From contig JAOAGY010000032.1 of the NCBI GenBank assembly GCA_026415505.1, positions 294,159 to 358,158 on the forward strand: a DNA stretch of 64,000 bases, read 5' to 3'. The position numbers and the translations under genes are program-made. The notes beneath the pieces are model-generated. The model ran no database searches. It worked only from the letters and a program-made list of their open reading frames with translations, and had not been told where the DNA came from. This stretch comes from Chlorobiota bacterium (GTDB lineage: Bacteria > Bacteroidota > Ignavibacteria > Kapaibacteriales > NICIL-2). This document shows positions 18,847 through 27,717 of this stretch, one piece after another (the first letter of the stretch is position 1; each line of letters begins with the position of its first letter).

Positions 18847-20060
18847 GCATTCTTCTGGGTGCTATTGCACCGCTCGTGCTCGCTGCACAGGAAAGCGAGC
18901 TCCCGAAAATCACCCGCAAGTGGCGCTTGCCGGGCGACGTCAACGCGCATCAACCTGTCGTCGCACCGGTGCTATCGCCCGATGGCAACATCCTGTACTT
19001 TTCGCGCAAGTACTATCCGGGCAACACGGGCGGTTCGAGCGACCCCGACGACATTTGGTACGTCCGACGCACCAGCGATTCGACCTGGGGAACGGCATAT
19101 CGCCTCGACGCACTGAACACACCCAATAGCGACGTACTCTTCGGTTTTGCTGCCGATGGGAAAACCGCTCTGGTCCAGCGCGGCAGCGGCGGCGGAGAAA
19201 CAGAACAATTCGTCCTCGCTCGCGAAAGCAATGGCTCGTGGACGTTCGAACCGATCACGATCGAAGGCTACACGAACCGCTCCAGCTACTACTACGCCTT
19301 CATGACGCCCGACATGCGAACGCTGATCCTCTCGCTCGAAGGTCCCGACAGCCGTGGCGGACTCGATCTCTACGTCTCGCATCGCATCGGCGAAACGCTC
19401 ACATGGTCGGTGCCGAAAAATCTCGGTTCGACGGTGAATTCATCCGGTATGGAATCGTCGCCCTATTTAGCGCGCGACGGACGCACGCTGTACTACGCCT
19501 CGAGCGGTTTCGGCTCGAACGGCAAGTACGACATCTACATGGCGCGGCGGCTCGACGATACATGGGAGCATTGGTCAGAGCCTGTTCGACTTCCCCCGCC
19601 GATCAACACCGACGAGATGGATCTCTGCTGGTGGCTTTTTCCGACCGGCGACACTGCCGTGTACATCTCGACCGACAACGGCGTCCGGCGAATGGGGATT
19701 TACTTAGCTACGCTCGAAAAGCAGTACCAGCCGTTACCACTGCGTTCGTGGCAGGTTCGATTCGCGTACAACAGTGCCGCTCTTCCAGCGCAAGCACTCC
19801 CCGATAGCATCGTCGCGCTTCTTCGCAAGGCACGCCGCATCGAACTTGCCGGACACACCGACTCGGTCGGCACCGACGAGTACAACATGCGCCTGTCGCG
19901 AGCGCGGGCAGAGGCAGTGCGCGGCGCATTGATCCGACGCGGCATTGCATCCGATCGCATCGCGCTTTCAGCCTACGGTCGCTCGCGCCCCATCGCGCCG
20001 AACGATACCGATGCTGGTCGTGCGCTCAATCGCCGTGTGGAGATCGAGTGGGAAGAGTGA
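18831..20060 (+). CDS. OmpA-family outer-membrane protein with N-terminal TolB-like (PD40) beta-propeller repeats
   Basis: Signal peptide MRLRLSILLGAIAPLVLAAQ. PD40-like repeats. C-terminal OmpA/MotB peptidoglycan-binding domain (…IELAGHTDSVGTDEYNMRLSRARAEAVR…NRRVEIE). Confidence 0.75.
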   Translation: MRLRLSILLGAIAPLVLAAQESELPKITRKWRLPGDVNAHQPVVAPVLSPDGNILYFSRKYYPGNTGGSSDPDDIWYVRRTSDSTWGTAYRLDALNTPNSDVLFGFAADGKTALVQRGSGGGETEQFVLARESNGSWTFEPITIEGYTNRSSYYYAFMTPDMRTLILSLEGPDSRGGLDLYVSHRIGETLTWSVPKNLGSTVNSSGMESSPYLARDGRTLYYASSGFGSNGKYDIYMARRLDDTWEHWSEPVRLPPPINTDEMDLCWWLFPTGDTAVYISTDNGVRRMGIYLATLEKQYQPLPLRSWQVRFAYNSAALPAQALPDSIVALLRKARRIELAGHTDSVGTDEYNMRLSRARAEAVRGALIRRGIASDRIALSAYGRSRPIAPNDTDAGRALNRRVEIEWEE

Positions 20061-21696
20061 CGGCATGCATCGCACCGAACACCGCATCCGATGCATCCGT
20101 CGTCATGATCGGCTCTGATAGTTCTTCCGGTGAAGTTTCGCCCATCGCACAATACGCCTCGGCAAGGTGATAGCGGAACAGCTCGTCGAACACTCGGCGG
20201 AACGCCGCGCGATGCTCATCGCCGAACCACCAGAACCAGTCGCTCCCTTCCGCAGTGAGCAAATGGCGATACGCTCGCTGGCGCGCGTCGCTTTCGAGCT
20301 GCGCCGAGCGCTCGTCGAAGATGCTGCGTGCATCGCGCAAGATACTCCATGCACGACGATCTTCCGGATGACCGATCCAAATTCGAAAACTGCCGCCGAT
20401 CCACGAACCGGCTGCAATGTGGTCGAGCGTCAGTGTGTCGCCATCGGCGAGCGCTTGCTCGGCGACCTGACCGAACGTGACAGTTTCGAATTCTTCGCTT
20501 TCGGAAAGTAGCCCGTAGAGCGCACGCAGAAACGGCTCTCCGTTGCGCTCGTAGTATTCCCAGCAATTTTCGCCGTCGAGAATCACAGGCACGACTGCGC
20601 GACTGAGAAACGCTTCTCCCTCGTGTGCGGTGATTTGGGCACGAATGCGGCGCAAACGCTCGGCGAAGTCGGCTGCTGCCTCGCGAGGATTCCACTGGCT
20701 GTACTCGAATCCGATCGCGTCGCTGAGCGCCGCATCGCGAAACAGCACGACGATCCGCTGACCGTTTCGCTGCCAGACGAGCGGCTGGTAACACTGCGTC
20801 GGGCGCAGATCGCTGCGTGTTTTCAGCAGCACCGCGCTATCGCTGGCAGTCCACTGCAGACCGCATTCTGCGAGCACTGCGAGCGCATCGTCGCTGATGC
20901 TGCCTTCGCTGAGCCACATGCCGCGCGGAACGATGCCGAAATATCGCTGCATCGCATCGAGTGCGCGCCGGACATGTTCGACGGCATCCTGACGCCACCG
21001 AAACGGCGGATCGAGCGGTTCAAGGTCCGGATCGGATTCTCTCACTGCATCGCTCGAACACACCAGCGGCAGAATGGGATGGTAATACGGCGAGGTCGAA
21101 AGTTCGGCGTGACCGTCGGCGACAAGTCCGCGAAGTCGCTCGAACACTGCCACGAGCAGACCACGTTCGAGCGCAACGAGACGCTCGCGGTCGTCGTCGG
21201 TGAAATCACGTCCACGAGCGAGCATCCCTGTCACTGGCTGCACTCGTCGAGCTGTCTCGCCGAGCCATGCCAGCCGCATCCACACTTGCACGTCGAGCCA
21301 CTCCTGGCGGGTCCAACGCTCGGTCGCACCAGCCGCTGCATCCTCTTTCAGTTGCCTGTACCGCACGAACGGTTCGATCATGCGCGCAGCGTTGCCGACG
21401 AATGCCCACTGCAAAAGCTTCCGCCGATCGGCATCGCTGAGCGCATCCGGTGCAATCGCCGAGAGCACGCCGCATTCGTCCTGCACCTGTCCTTGCCGAT
21501 AGCCGTCGAGCTGCTCAGCCAGGATCGGTGTGACGTTGTACGTAACGCGGAGCAATGGGAAGTCGCGATGAATCGCCGGAAGCTCGGCGTAATCTTTCGT
21601 CGCGTGTAACCGTGTCCACGGCAACACAGCACGGTCGCCGATGCGATAATCGGGCTGATGAAAATGCCACAGCAGCGCTACGCGTAAGCGATTCAT
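20026..21696 (-). CDS. Glycoside hydrolase family 57 protein (alpha-amylase / 4-alpha-glucanotransferase-like)
   Basis: N-terminus MNRLRVALLWHFHQPDYR carries the GH57 hallmark HQP. 556 aa. Its 3' end overlaps the convergent OmpA-family gene by about 35 nt. Confidence 0.8.
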   Translation of the reverse strand: MNRLRVALLWHFHQPDYRIGDRAVLPWTRLHATKDYAELPAIHRDFPLLRVTYNVTPILAEQLDGYRQGQVQDECGVLSAIAPDALSDADRRKLLQWAFVGNAARMIEPFVRYRQLKEDAAAGATERWTRQEWLDVQVWMRLAWLGETARRVQPVTGMLARGRDFTDDDRERLVALERGLLVAVFERLRGLVADGHAELSTSPYYHPILPLVCSSDAVRESDPDLEPLDPPFRWRQDAVEHVRRALDAMQRYFGIVPRGMWLSEGSISDDALAVLAECGLQWTASDSAVLLKTRSDLRPTQCYQPLVWQRNGQRIVVLFRDAALSDAIGFEYSQWNPREAAADFAERLRRIRAQITAHEGEAFLSRAVVPVILDGENCWEYYERNGEPFLRALYGLLSESEEFETVTFGQVAEQALADGDTLTLDHIAAGSWIGGSFRIWIGHPEDRRAWSILRDARSIFDERSAQLESDARQRAYRHLLTAEGSDWFWWFGDEHRAAFRRVFDELFRYHLAEAYCAMGETSPEELSEPIMTTDASDAVFGAMHAVTLPTRSPHGD

Positions 21697-23663
21697 CGGA
21701 CGACGGAAAACGATACGCGATGCACTGTGCCACCGATCGTTGCGACGACGTAATATGTGCCTGTCGCGAAATGCTCGGTCGAGAGTGCTGCAACGCGTGC
21801 AGGCTCGACGATCGCAGCACGAGCCCCTCGTGCATCGTAAATCTCGATCGGACCGTCCGGCATTCGATCGAGCTCGATCCAGAGCGTGCCTGTCGCGGGA
21901 ATCGGATAGACCGCAAGCGGCTGTCGGTCGGGATGCGATTCGGCACTACTGACGACCGGAGCCGATGCCAACAGCACCAGCGCCCGAACCGAACGTCCTG
22001 CATTGACTGCAACCGACGTAAACGTTCCGAGCGAATCGAACACGAACGTATCGTCGCCGCTGCCGATCATGACGACCCGGTGCGACGTATCGCCACTGCC
22101 GATGAAGCTCAGCTCCAGCGGCAGCGTCGTGTACACGCCGAACGAATCGGGTTGCACTTGGCGAATGCGTACTGCAGCTTTCCAGCCGTGTTGCGATGGC
22201 GAGCGCAACGCTTCGATAGCGACGATGGGCCAACCTTTGCCGCGAATCCACTCGGCAAAAAAGCGCCGAACGAATTCTCCCCGACCGCTGACGTCGCCGA
22301 GTGTTCGCTCGAGAGTGTCGATCGAAACGTTCGCATAGCGATAGCGCTGCAGGAGCTCTCGGCACCACGCAAAATACACGCTGTCGCCCACCGCCCATCG
22401 CAGCATGCCGAGCACGGCGGCGCCTTTTTCGTAGATCACGTGCGGATAATTCGACGACGGCGGGGTGCGGTCGAAATCGTACATCGTCAAGATGCCCTCG
22501 AACGACGGATTGCCAGGCTTGGCGTACTGGTTCAGGTAGGCTGCTATTTTCCGCTGTTGCTCGGCAAGGTATGCGCTGTAGCCGCCGAGCTGTTCGCGCC
22601 AGAGCGATTCGCAGAACGTCGCGAAACTTTCGTTGAACCATGCATCGCGGAAATCCAGCGGCGTAGTGCAATCGCCGAACCACTGATGCGCCAGTTCGTG
22701 CGCAGCCACGAGGTTGACCGTATCGCCACTGCGTGCGAGCGACGTCGGGAAAGAAATCATCGTCTGGTGTTCCATCGCGCCTTTCTGCGTCATCGCGTAG
22801 CCGACTTTTTCGAAGGGATACGCCCCGAAACGCTGCTCGAAAGCACGCACCATGCGCGGAAGCAGTCGAAAGCTCCGCGACGTTGCTGCTGAATCGGCGC
22901 GACGAGCATAGAGAACGATCGGAACGTCGAGCGAGGTCGTGTCGCGAATGACGCTCAAAACCGATGAGGGAAACGCCGCAAACGTCAGCAGGTACGTCGC
23001 GGCAGGATAAACCGACCGGAAACGATACACCCGCCAGGAGCCACTGTCGAGCGGTGGCAGCTCCTCACCGCCCGCCGCGACGACATACGACGACGGCACA
23101 CGGAACGCCAGCGAGAACGTCGCTTTGTCGCTCGGATGATCGTAGCACGCAAGCCAGTGCTGCGTTGCCGACACGTAGTTGTTGTAGAACCCGACGCCGA
23201 GCGCATAGACGATACTCCCTTCGCGTTGCACACCGCCCCACGAGTAGCCGTTATAGGGCGGCTCGCCGGTCATCGTCCCGCGATAGGCGATCCGCAGCAC
23301 GACAGTATCGCCTTGGCGATGTGATGGCAACGCCGGCACCGCGTAGTGGAAGGTCGGATCGCTCGGCTGTCCTCTGACGAACCATTCGACCGGTATGGTG
23401 TCGCCCGCCTGCACATAGGCGACACCAGCGACCTGCAACGAACGCAAGTGGAAACGCACAGTATCCGGTGCGCGACGCCAGCGGAGTATCCACGTGCAGG
23501 AACTTTCGCCGAGGATCGGTTGCGGAAGCGAGTCCAGTGCGAGCGATGCATCGTAGTGCAAAACGTCGAACGATTGTTCGACGTAGCGCGTCGGCGAGGG
23601 AATCTCCTGAGCGCTCGCGACAACGAGCCAGCCGAAAACACCTACGATTGCAGCGATGATCAT
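21693..23663 (-). CDS. M1 family aminopeptidase with a T9SS C-terminal sorting domain
   Basis: Zinc motif HELAHQWFGD...E. Signal peptide from the internal Met (MIIAAIVGVFGWLVVASAQ). C-terminal roughly 80 aa are a T9SS-like sorting domain (…GTYYVVATIGGTVHRVSFSVVR). ATGA overlaps on both sides. Confidence 0.85.
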   Translation of the reverse strand: MIIAAIVGVFGWLVVASAQEIPSPTRYVEQSFDVLHYDASLALDSLPQPILGESSCTWILRWRRAPDTVRFHLRSLQVAGVAYVQAGDTIPVEWFVRGQPSDPTFHYAVPALPSHRQGDTVVLRIAYRGTMTGEPPYNGYSWGGVQREGSIVYALGVGFYNNYVSATQHWLACYDHPSDKATFSLAFRVPSSYVVAAGGEELPPLDSGSWRVYRFRSVYPAATYLLTFAAFPSSVLSVIRDTTSLDVPIVLYARRADSAATSRSFRLLPRMVRAFEQRFGAYPFEKVGYAMTQKGAMEHQTMISFPTSLARSGDTVNLVAAHELAHQWFGDCTTPLDFRDAWFNESFATFCESLWREQLGGYSAYLAEQQRKIAAYLNQYAKPGNPSFEGILTMYDFDRTPPSSNYPHVIYEKGAAVLGMLRWAVGDSVYFAWCRELLQRYRYANVSIDTLERTLGDVSGRGEFVRRFFAEWIRGKGWPIVAIEALRSPSQHGWKAAVRIRQVQPDSFGVYTTLPLELSFIGSGDTSHRVVMIGSGDDTFVFDSLGTFTSVAVNAGRSVRALVLLASAPVVSSAESHPDRQPLAVYPIPATGTLWIELDRMPDGPIEIYDARGARAAIVEPARVAALSTEHFATGTYYVVATIGGTVHRVSFSVVR

Positions 23664-24412
23664 CGGTCGTTCAGCATTCGAACACGGACTTGCCACTGCG
23701 CAAAATACTGCATCCACAGCGAGCGGCAAATCGTCGCGTCGGCAACGAGCAACAGTGCACCGATCGAACCGGCGAGCACGATACCGCTCCGTAGCGCAAC
23801 GACCGTGAAAAACGCGATCACACTGACCCCGACTGCATGCGACATGCGATGGACGCTGCTGCTGGTGCGAAGCGGCAACATCGCTACGAAGCTGACCAGG
23901 AACCACCCGACGAAATTCACCAGCGGAACGCCGTAGTAGAACCCCGCTTGATCCCACACCCACAACGTCATCGGTCCGATCGCCACGGGGTCAACGAGCA
24001 GGTCGTAGAGCATCATTGCCAGCGCTCCGATTGCGCGTGCAATCCAACGACGCTCGGTCAGCAGCGTTGCCCACGTCCAAGCATACGCCAAGAGAACGAG
24101 CCACGCTGCGACCATCACCAGCGGTACACCAGCGATCGCCAGTCCGAGTGTGTCGGTGTAGTGGTAGTGTCCGAACGGCACACCAGTCGCCACGCCGATG
24201 ATCTCGCTTGCAAAGCCGATAAGAGCACCGACGAGCAGCCGCAGAAACTGAGGATGCCGATGCACGACGATCACGCCTGCTGCAATCCACAGAAACAGCA
24301 TTTCGCCGTACCGGCGCAGTACTCCGACATCGCTTTCTGCAGCGCTTGTAAGCGCTCCGCCGACCAGGAGAACAACGAACAACCCGACCAGCAGCCTACG
24401 CACTCCGTTCAT
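23660..24412 (-). CDS. cruF: Carotenoid biosynthesis membrane protein (DUF422 / CruF-like carotenoid 1',2'-hydratase family)
   Basis: About 250 aa polytopic membrane protein inside the carotenoid operon. Sequence resembles the Caroten_synth/DUF422 family, which includes CruF. Start set at the internal Met (MNGVRRLLVGLFVVLL). Confidence 0.6.
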   Translation of the reverse strand: MNGVRRLLVGLFVVLLVGGALTSAAESDVGVLRRYGEMLFLWIAAGVIVVHRHPQFLRLLVGALIGFASEIIGVATGVPFGHYHYTDTLGLAIAGVPLVMVAAWLVLLAYAWTWATLLTERRWIARAIGALAMMLYDLLVDPVAIGPMTLWVWDQAGFYYGVPLVNFVGWFLVSFVAMLPLRTSSSVHRMSHAVGVSVIAFFTVVALRSGIVLAGSIGALLLVADATICRSLWMQYFAQWQVRVRMLNDR

Positions 24413-25871
24413 ACCGCTCGATGAGCTCGTACACCAACTTCGACGAAAGCACCACCATCGGCGTACCGCCACCGGGATGCGTACTGCCACCGACGTAGTA
24501 CAACCCCCGCACACAACGATCGCGCATCGGCGGTCGAAGGAATGCCGTGCGATACGAATGCGACGCCCATCCGTAGATCGAGCCACCCGGCATTGCGTAA
24601 TCGCGCTCGAATCGTTCCGGCGTCCATACCGAGCGCACGACGATATCGCTTTCGGCGATCGCGATACCGCGCCGTTCCAACACGCCAGCGATGCGCTCCC
24701 AGATCATCGGGATTGCATCCTCCCAACGCCGCGATTCGACAGCAGGAGCATTCGCCATCACGAAAAGCGTTTCTCCCCCTGGCGGTGCGACTGTGGGATC
24801 GGTTTTGCTGGTGACGTTGAGATAGACGGTCGGTTCGGTGGGAAATTCCGCCCGCTCGAACAACTGCTCGAACTCCCGCCGATAGTCGCTCGAAAAGGCG
24901 ATCGTGTGATGAAAAACGTCCGGCGGCAGCCGACGGCGTAAGCCGAGCAAAAACACCACGCCCGACATCGAGCGCTGGTAGAATCGCCGCCGCCGTGGCA
25001 GATCGAGCAGCGCATCGGCAGTCGTCGCATCGCCGTTGAACACCACCACATCGGCATCGAACATGTCTCCGCCAGAGAGCCGCACTCCACGGACGCGCCC
25101 GCTGCTGTGCACAATCTTTTCGACCGTTGCATTCGTCAGGATGCGCACTCCTCGCTCGCGCAAAGCACCGACGATCGTTTCGACGATGCCGTACAAACCG
25201 CCCTCGACGTACCATCCGCCGTGGGCGAACTCCAAGTACGGAATCACCAGCAACGTCGCGGGCGAACGATACGGCGATGACCCCACGTAGGTCGGATAGC
25301 GCTCGAAAATCTGCCGCAAATACGGACTCGAAAGATGACGCTCGACGGTCGCGGCATAATTGCCCCACGCATTCCGCAACGGCAGCCAATGCAACGATCG
25401 AACAAGCGAGAAAATCTGGTTCGGCTCGGGCAGTTCGGTCGGCACCGACTGGAAAAACGTTCGCGTCGAAAGTTCGAAAAGGTCGGCTGCAGTAGCCATC
25501 AGCTTCCAGTAGCCCTTTCCGCCGTCGGCTTCGTAGCGTTCGAGCATCGCCGCGATCGACGGGAGCGGACCCGGATATTCGATGCGTTCGCCGTCGGCGA
25601 AGCGGTACTGTGTCAGTGGCTGGAGCCTGCGAAAAACCAAATGCTGCCGAGAAACGCCGCAACGATCGAGCAAATCGGTAAAAACATGCGGCAGCGTGAT
25701 AAGCGACGGTCCCGTATCGAAGCGAAATCCGTCGGCAGCAAAAAGGTTCATCTTTCCGCCCGGCGAGCTGCTGCGCTCCAGTAGCGTCACGTTCCAGTCG
25801 TCGCTGGCTGCCCGCAAGGCGAGCGACAATCCTCCGAGACCGGCACCGACGACGATCATGCGCTTTTTCAT
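24396..25871 (-). CDS. CrtI-family carotenoid desaturase (CrtD-like, possibly a 3',4'-desaturase)
   Basis: FAD-binding N-terminus MKKRMIVVGAGLGGLSLA and GPSLI motif. About 491 aa. It is the second CrtI paralog in the operon. Confidence 0.8.
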   Translation of the reverse strand: MKKRMIVVGAGLGGLSLALRAASDDWNVTLLERSSSPGGKMNLFAADGFRFDTGPSLITLPHVFTDLLDRCGVSRQHLVFRRLQPLTQYRFADGERIEYPGPLPSIAAMLERYEADGGKGYWKLMATAADLFELSTRTFFQSVPTELPEPNQIFSLVRSLHWLPLRNAWGNYAATVERHLSSPYLRQIFERYPTYVGSSPYRSPATLLVIPYLEFAHGGWYVEGGLYGIVETIVGALRERGVRILTNATVEKIVHSSGRVRGVRLSGGDMFDADVVVFNGDATTADALLDLPRRRRFYQRSMSGVVFLLGLRRRLPPDVFHHTIAFSSDYRREFEQLFERAEFPTEPTVYLNVTSKTDPTVAPPGGETLFVMANAPAVESRRWEDAIPMIWERIAGVLERRGIAIAESDIVVRSVWTPERFERDYAMPGGSIYGWASHSYRTAFLRPPMRDRCVRGLYYVGGSTHPGGGTPMVVLSSKLVYELIERYERSA

Positions 25872-26986
25872 CGTAGCACCTTTCGAGGCAATTCCACACG
25901 ATAGCGACGTTGTTTCCACTCGACACCGCTCCCAAAGCGCCAGCGCCACAGCGATGCCAAACCGACGCCGATCAAAAACAGCTCTGCCACTGGATGCAGC
26001 AACACCGACCACGCTGCGTGTCGAAATCGAAGCGCCAAAACGAGACGTGCAACTCCGACTGCACCGGCTGCGATCGCAACGGGAACGGTCGGCGAAACCA
26101 GCAGCTTCACCAGCGGCATCGTAAAGACGACCGCATGCAATCCGAGGACGATCGGAAAGAGCCACTTTCGACGGAAGCCGGGATAGAAATTTTTTTGGAA
26201 ACCGCGCCAGATTTCCCCGATCGAACGATACATCCGCACGCGGGCGATGCTACTGCCGTCGCAGCAGAGCGCTCGCTCGCCGCTGGACCGCCATTGCCGC
26301 GCCAATGCAGTATCCTCGAAAAGCTCGCGGCGAACACAAGCATGCCCTCCGATGCGGAAGTACGTCTGACGATCGCACAGCAAGCACGAGCCGTGCGCCA
26401 GAGCGTATCGTGGGTGTTGCCAGTAGAGCTGCATCGGCGATGGGTAGAGCGTCATCACGTAAAAGTTCAGCATCGGCATCAAGACACGTTCGGCAAGCGA
26501 GCGCATCTCGATGGCAGGCCACGCCGAAAGCAGCGTCGCGCCGTGCTTCTGCGCCGTTGCGATCAACTGCTCGATCGCATTGGGTTGCAATCGTGTGTCG
26601 GCGTCGAGAAAGAGCATCCACCGATGCTGCGCGGCACAAGCCAGGCGGTAACACGCATGCGGTTTGCCGTACCAGCCGTCGGGCAGCGGCACAGTCTCGA
26701 GCACTCGCACTCGCCGATCGCGCTGTGCCCAGACTGTCGCGATCTGTCGGGTTCCGTCGCTCGATTGATCGTCGTAAACGAGAACCTCGGCGACGATACT
26801 GCCCTGCGCGACGACGCTGGCGATGCAGCCGCCGAGAACCTGCTCTTCGTTTCGTGCCGGTATCAAGACACTGACTCCGTCTTGGCTGCCACGTGCGGCT
26901 GCAACCGGACGCAGAAACGTCAATGCGTTGACGGTCGCAATACAGCAAAACGACAGTGCAAGCACAGCGATCGCCCACTCGATCAT
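25868..26986 (-). CDS. Family 2 glycosyltransferase (carotenoid glycosyltransferase CruC/CrtQ-like by context)
   Basis: GT-A fold motifs (VSVLIPARNEE..., YDDQSSDGT, LFLDADT). C-terminal TM helices. Located between carotenoid desaturases. Confidence 0.7.
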   Translation of the reverse strand: MIEWAIAVLALSFCCIATVNALTFLRPVAAARGSQDGVSVLIPARNEEQVLGGCIASVVAQGSIVAEVLVYDDQSSDGTRQIATVWAQRDRRVRVLETVPLPDGWYGKPHACYRLACAAQHRWMLFLDADTRLQPNAIEQLIATAQKHGATLLSAWPAIEMRSLAERVLMPMLNFYVMTLYPSPMQLYWQHPRYALAHGSCLLCDRQTYFRIGGHACVRRELFEDTALARQWRSSGERALCCDGSSIARVRMYRSIGEIWRGFQKNFYPGFRRKWLFPIVLGLHAVVFTMPLVKLLVSPTVPVAIAAGAVGVARLVLALRFRHAAWSVLLHPVAELFLIGVGLASLWRWRFGSGVEWKQRRYRVELPRKVLR

Positions 26987-27717
26987 GCTGCATCGAACAC
27001 GATCGGTGCGACTTTTTCCGGTGCTTCGTCGAGCAACAGGTGTCCAGCACCTGCGATGCAGAACACATCAGCGCGCTGTAGCGTGCGTTGCCACGTCGGT
27101 ATCGAACGCCGCACGGCTCGGAACGTCCGCTCGCCGTACACCAACGCCACCGGAACGTTCACGTTGCGGTATCGTTCGGGTCCGGGCAATCGTGCCAGTG
27201 CTTTGAGATATGCGCGCGTGGACTGTGCGCTTTTATCGGCGAACGACGCCATCAGGTCGGATCGCTCGGTTCGACGCATGCGAAGAGCAGCGTTGACGAT
27301 CCGCCGCCCCAACGACGAATCGAACGTCAGGCGATAGGCAATGGAACCGATCGGTTCGCTCGTAAAAAAGCGGAAATACCACGGCATGTAGGCGAAGAGA
27401 TCGAGTGCAACGATACGCACAATGTGCTGCGGCACGAGCAACGCCACTTCGAGCGCCAGAACTGCACCGCTGCACGAGCCGACGATGACGACATCGCTCG
27501 CCAACGTCTCGACGATTGTCGCAAGCGATTCTGCCACACATTCGATGCTGAATCGTTCGATCATCGGCGAGGAACCGTAGCCCGGCAAATCGGGCGCAAG
27601 CAAGCGCCACGTGTTCGGTACGAACGGACGTAGCGGTGCGAACGTTCGATGGTCGCCGCCCCAGCCGTGCAGCCCGAAAGCGATCTGCGACCCGCTACCG
27701 TACTCGACGACGTGCAT
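26983..27717 (-). CDS. Alpha/beta-hydrolase-fold protein with a G-S-C-S-G nucleophile box (Cys at the nucleophile position). Candidate acyltransferase or esterase of the carotenoid operon.
   Basis: 245 aa from the internal Met MHVVEYGSGSQIAFGLHGWGG. Nucleophile-elbow sequence IVGSCSGAVLA. C-terminal GAGHLLLDEAP (probable catalytic His). The ORF-track N-terminal extension overlaps crtI and is rejected. Confidence 0.65.
   Translation of the reverse strand: MHVVEYGSGSQIAFGLHGWGGDHRTFAPLRPFVPNTWRLLAPDLPGYGSSPMIERFSIECVAESLATIVETLASDVVIVGSCSGAVLALEVALLVPQHIVRIVALDLFAYMPWYFRFFTSEPIGSIAYRLTFDSSLGRRIVNAALRMRRTERSDLMASFADKSAQSTRAYLKALARLPGPERYRNVNVPVALVYGERTFRAVRRSIPTWQRTLQRADVFCIAGAGHLLLDEAPEKVAPIVFDAA

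Noticed and set aside
23663-23963. Extensions of the M1 peptidase (to 23963), crtD-like (to 26165), alpha/beta-hydrolase (to 28242), crtI (to 29401), fabG (to 55283), fabH (to 56827) and purB (from 17287) ORFs
   Set aside because: Each extension overlaps the upstream gene by hundreds of bases and precedes an obvious conserved N-terminal motif. Internal Met starts restore canonical lengths and give ATGA-type junctions.
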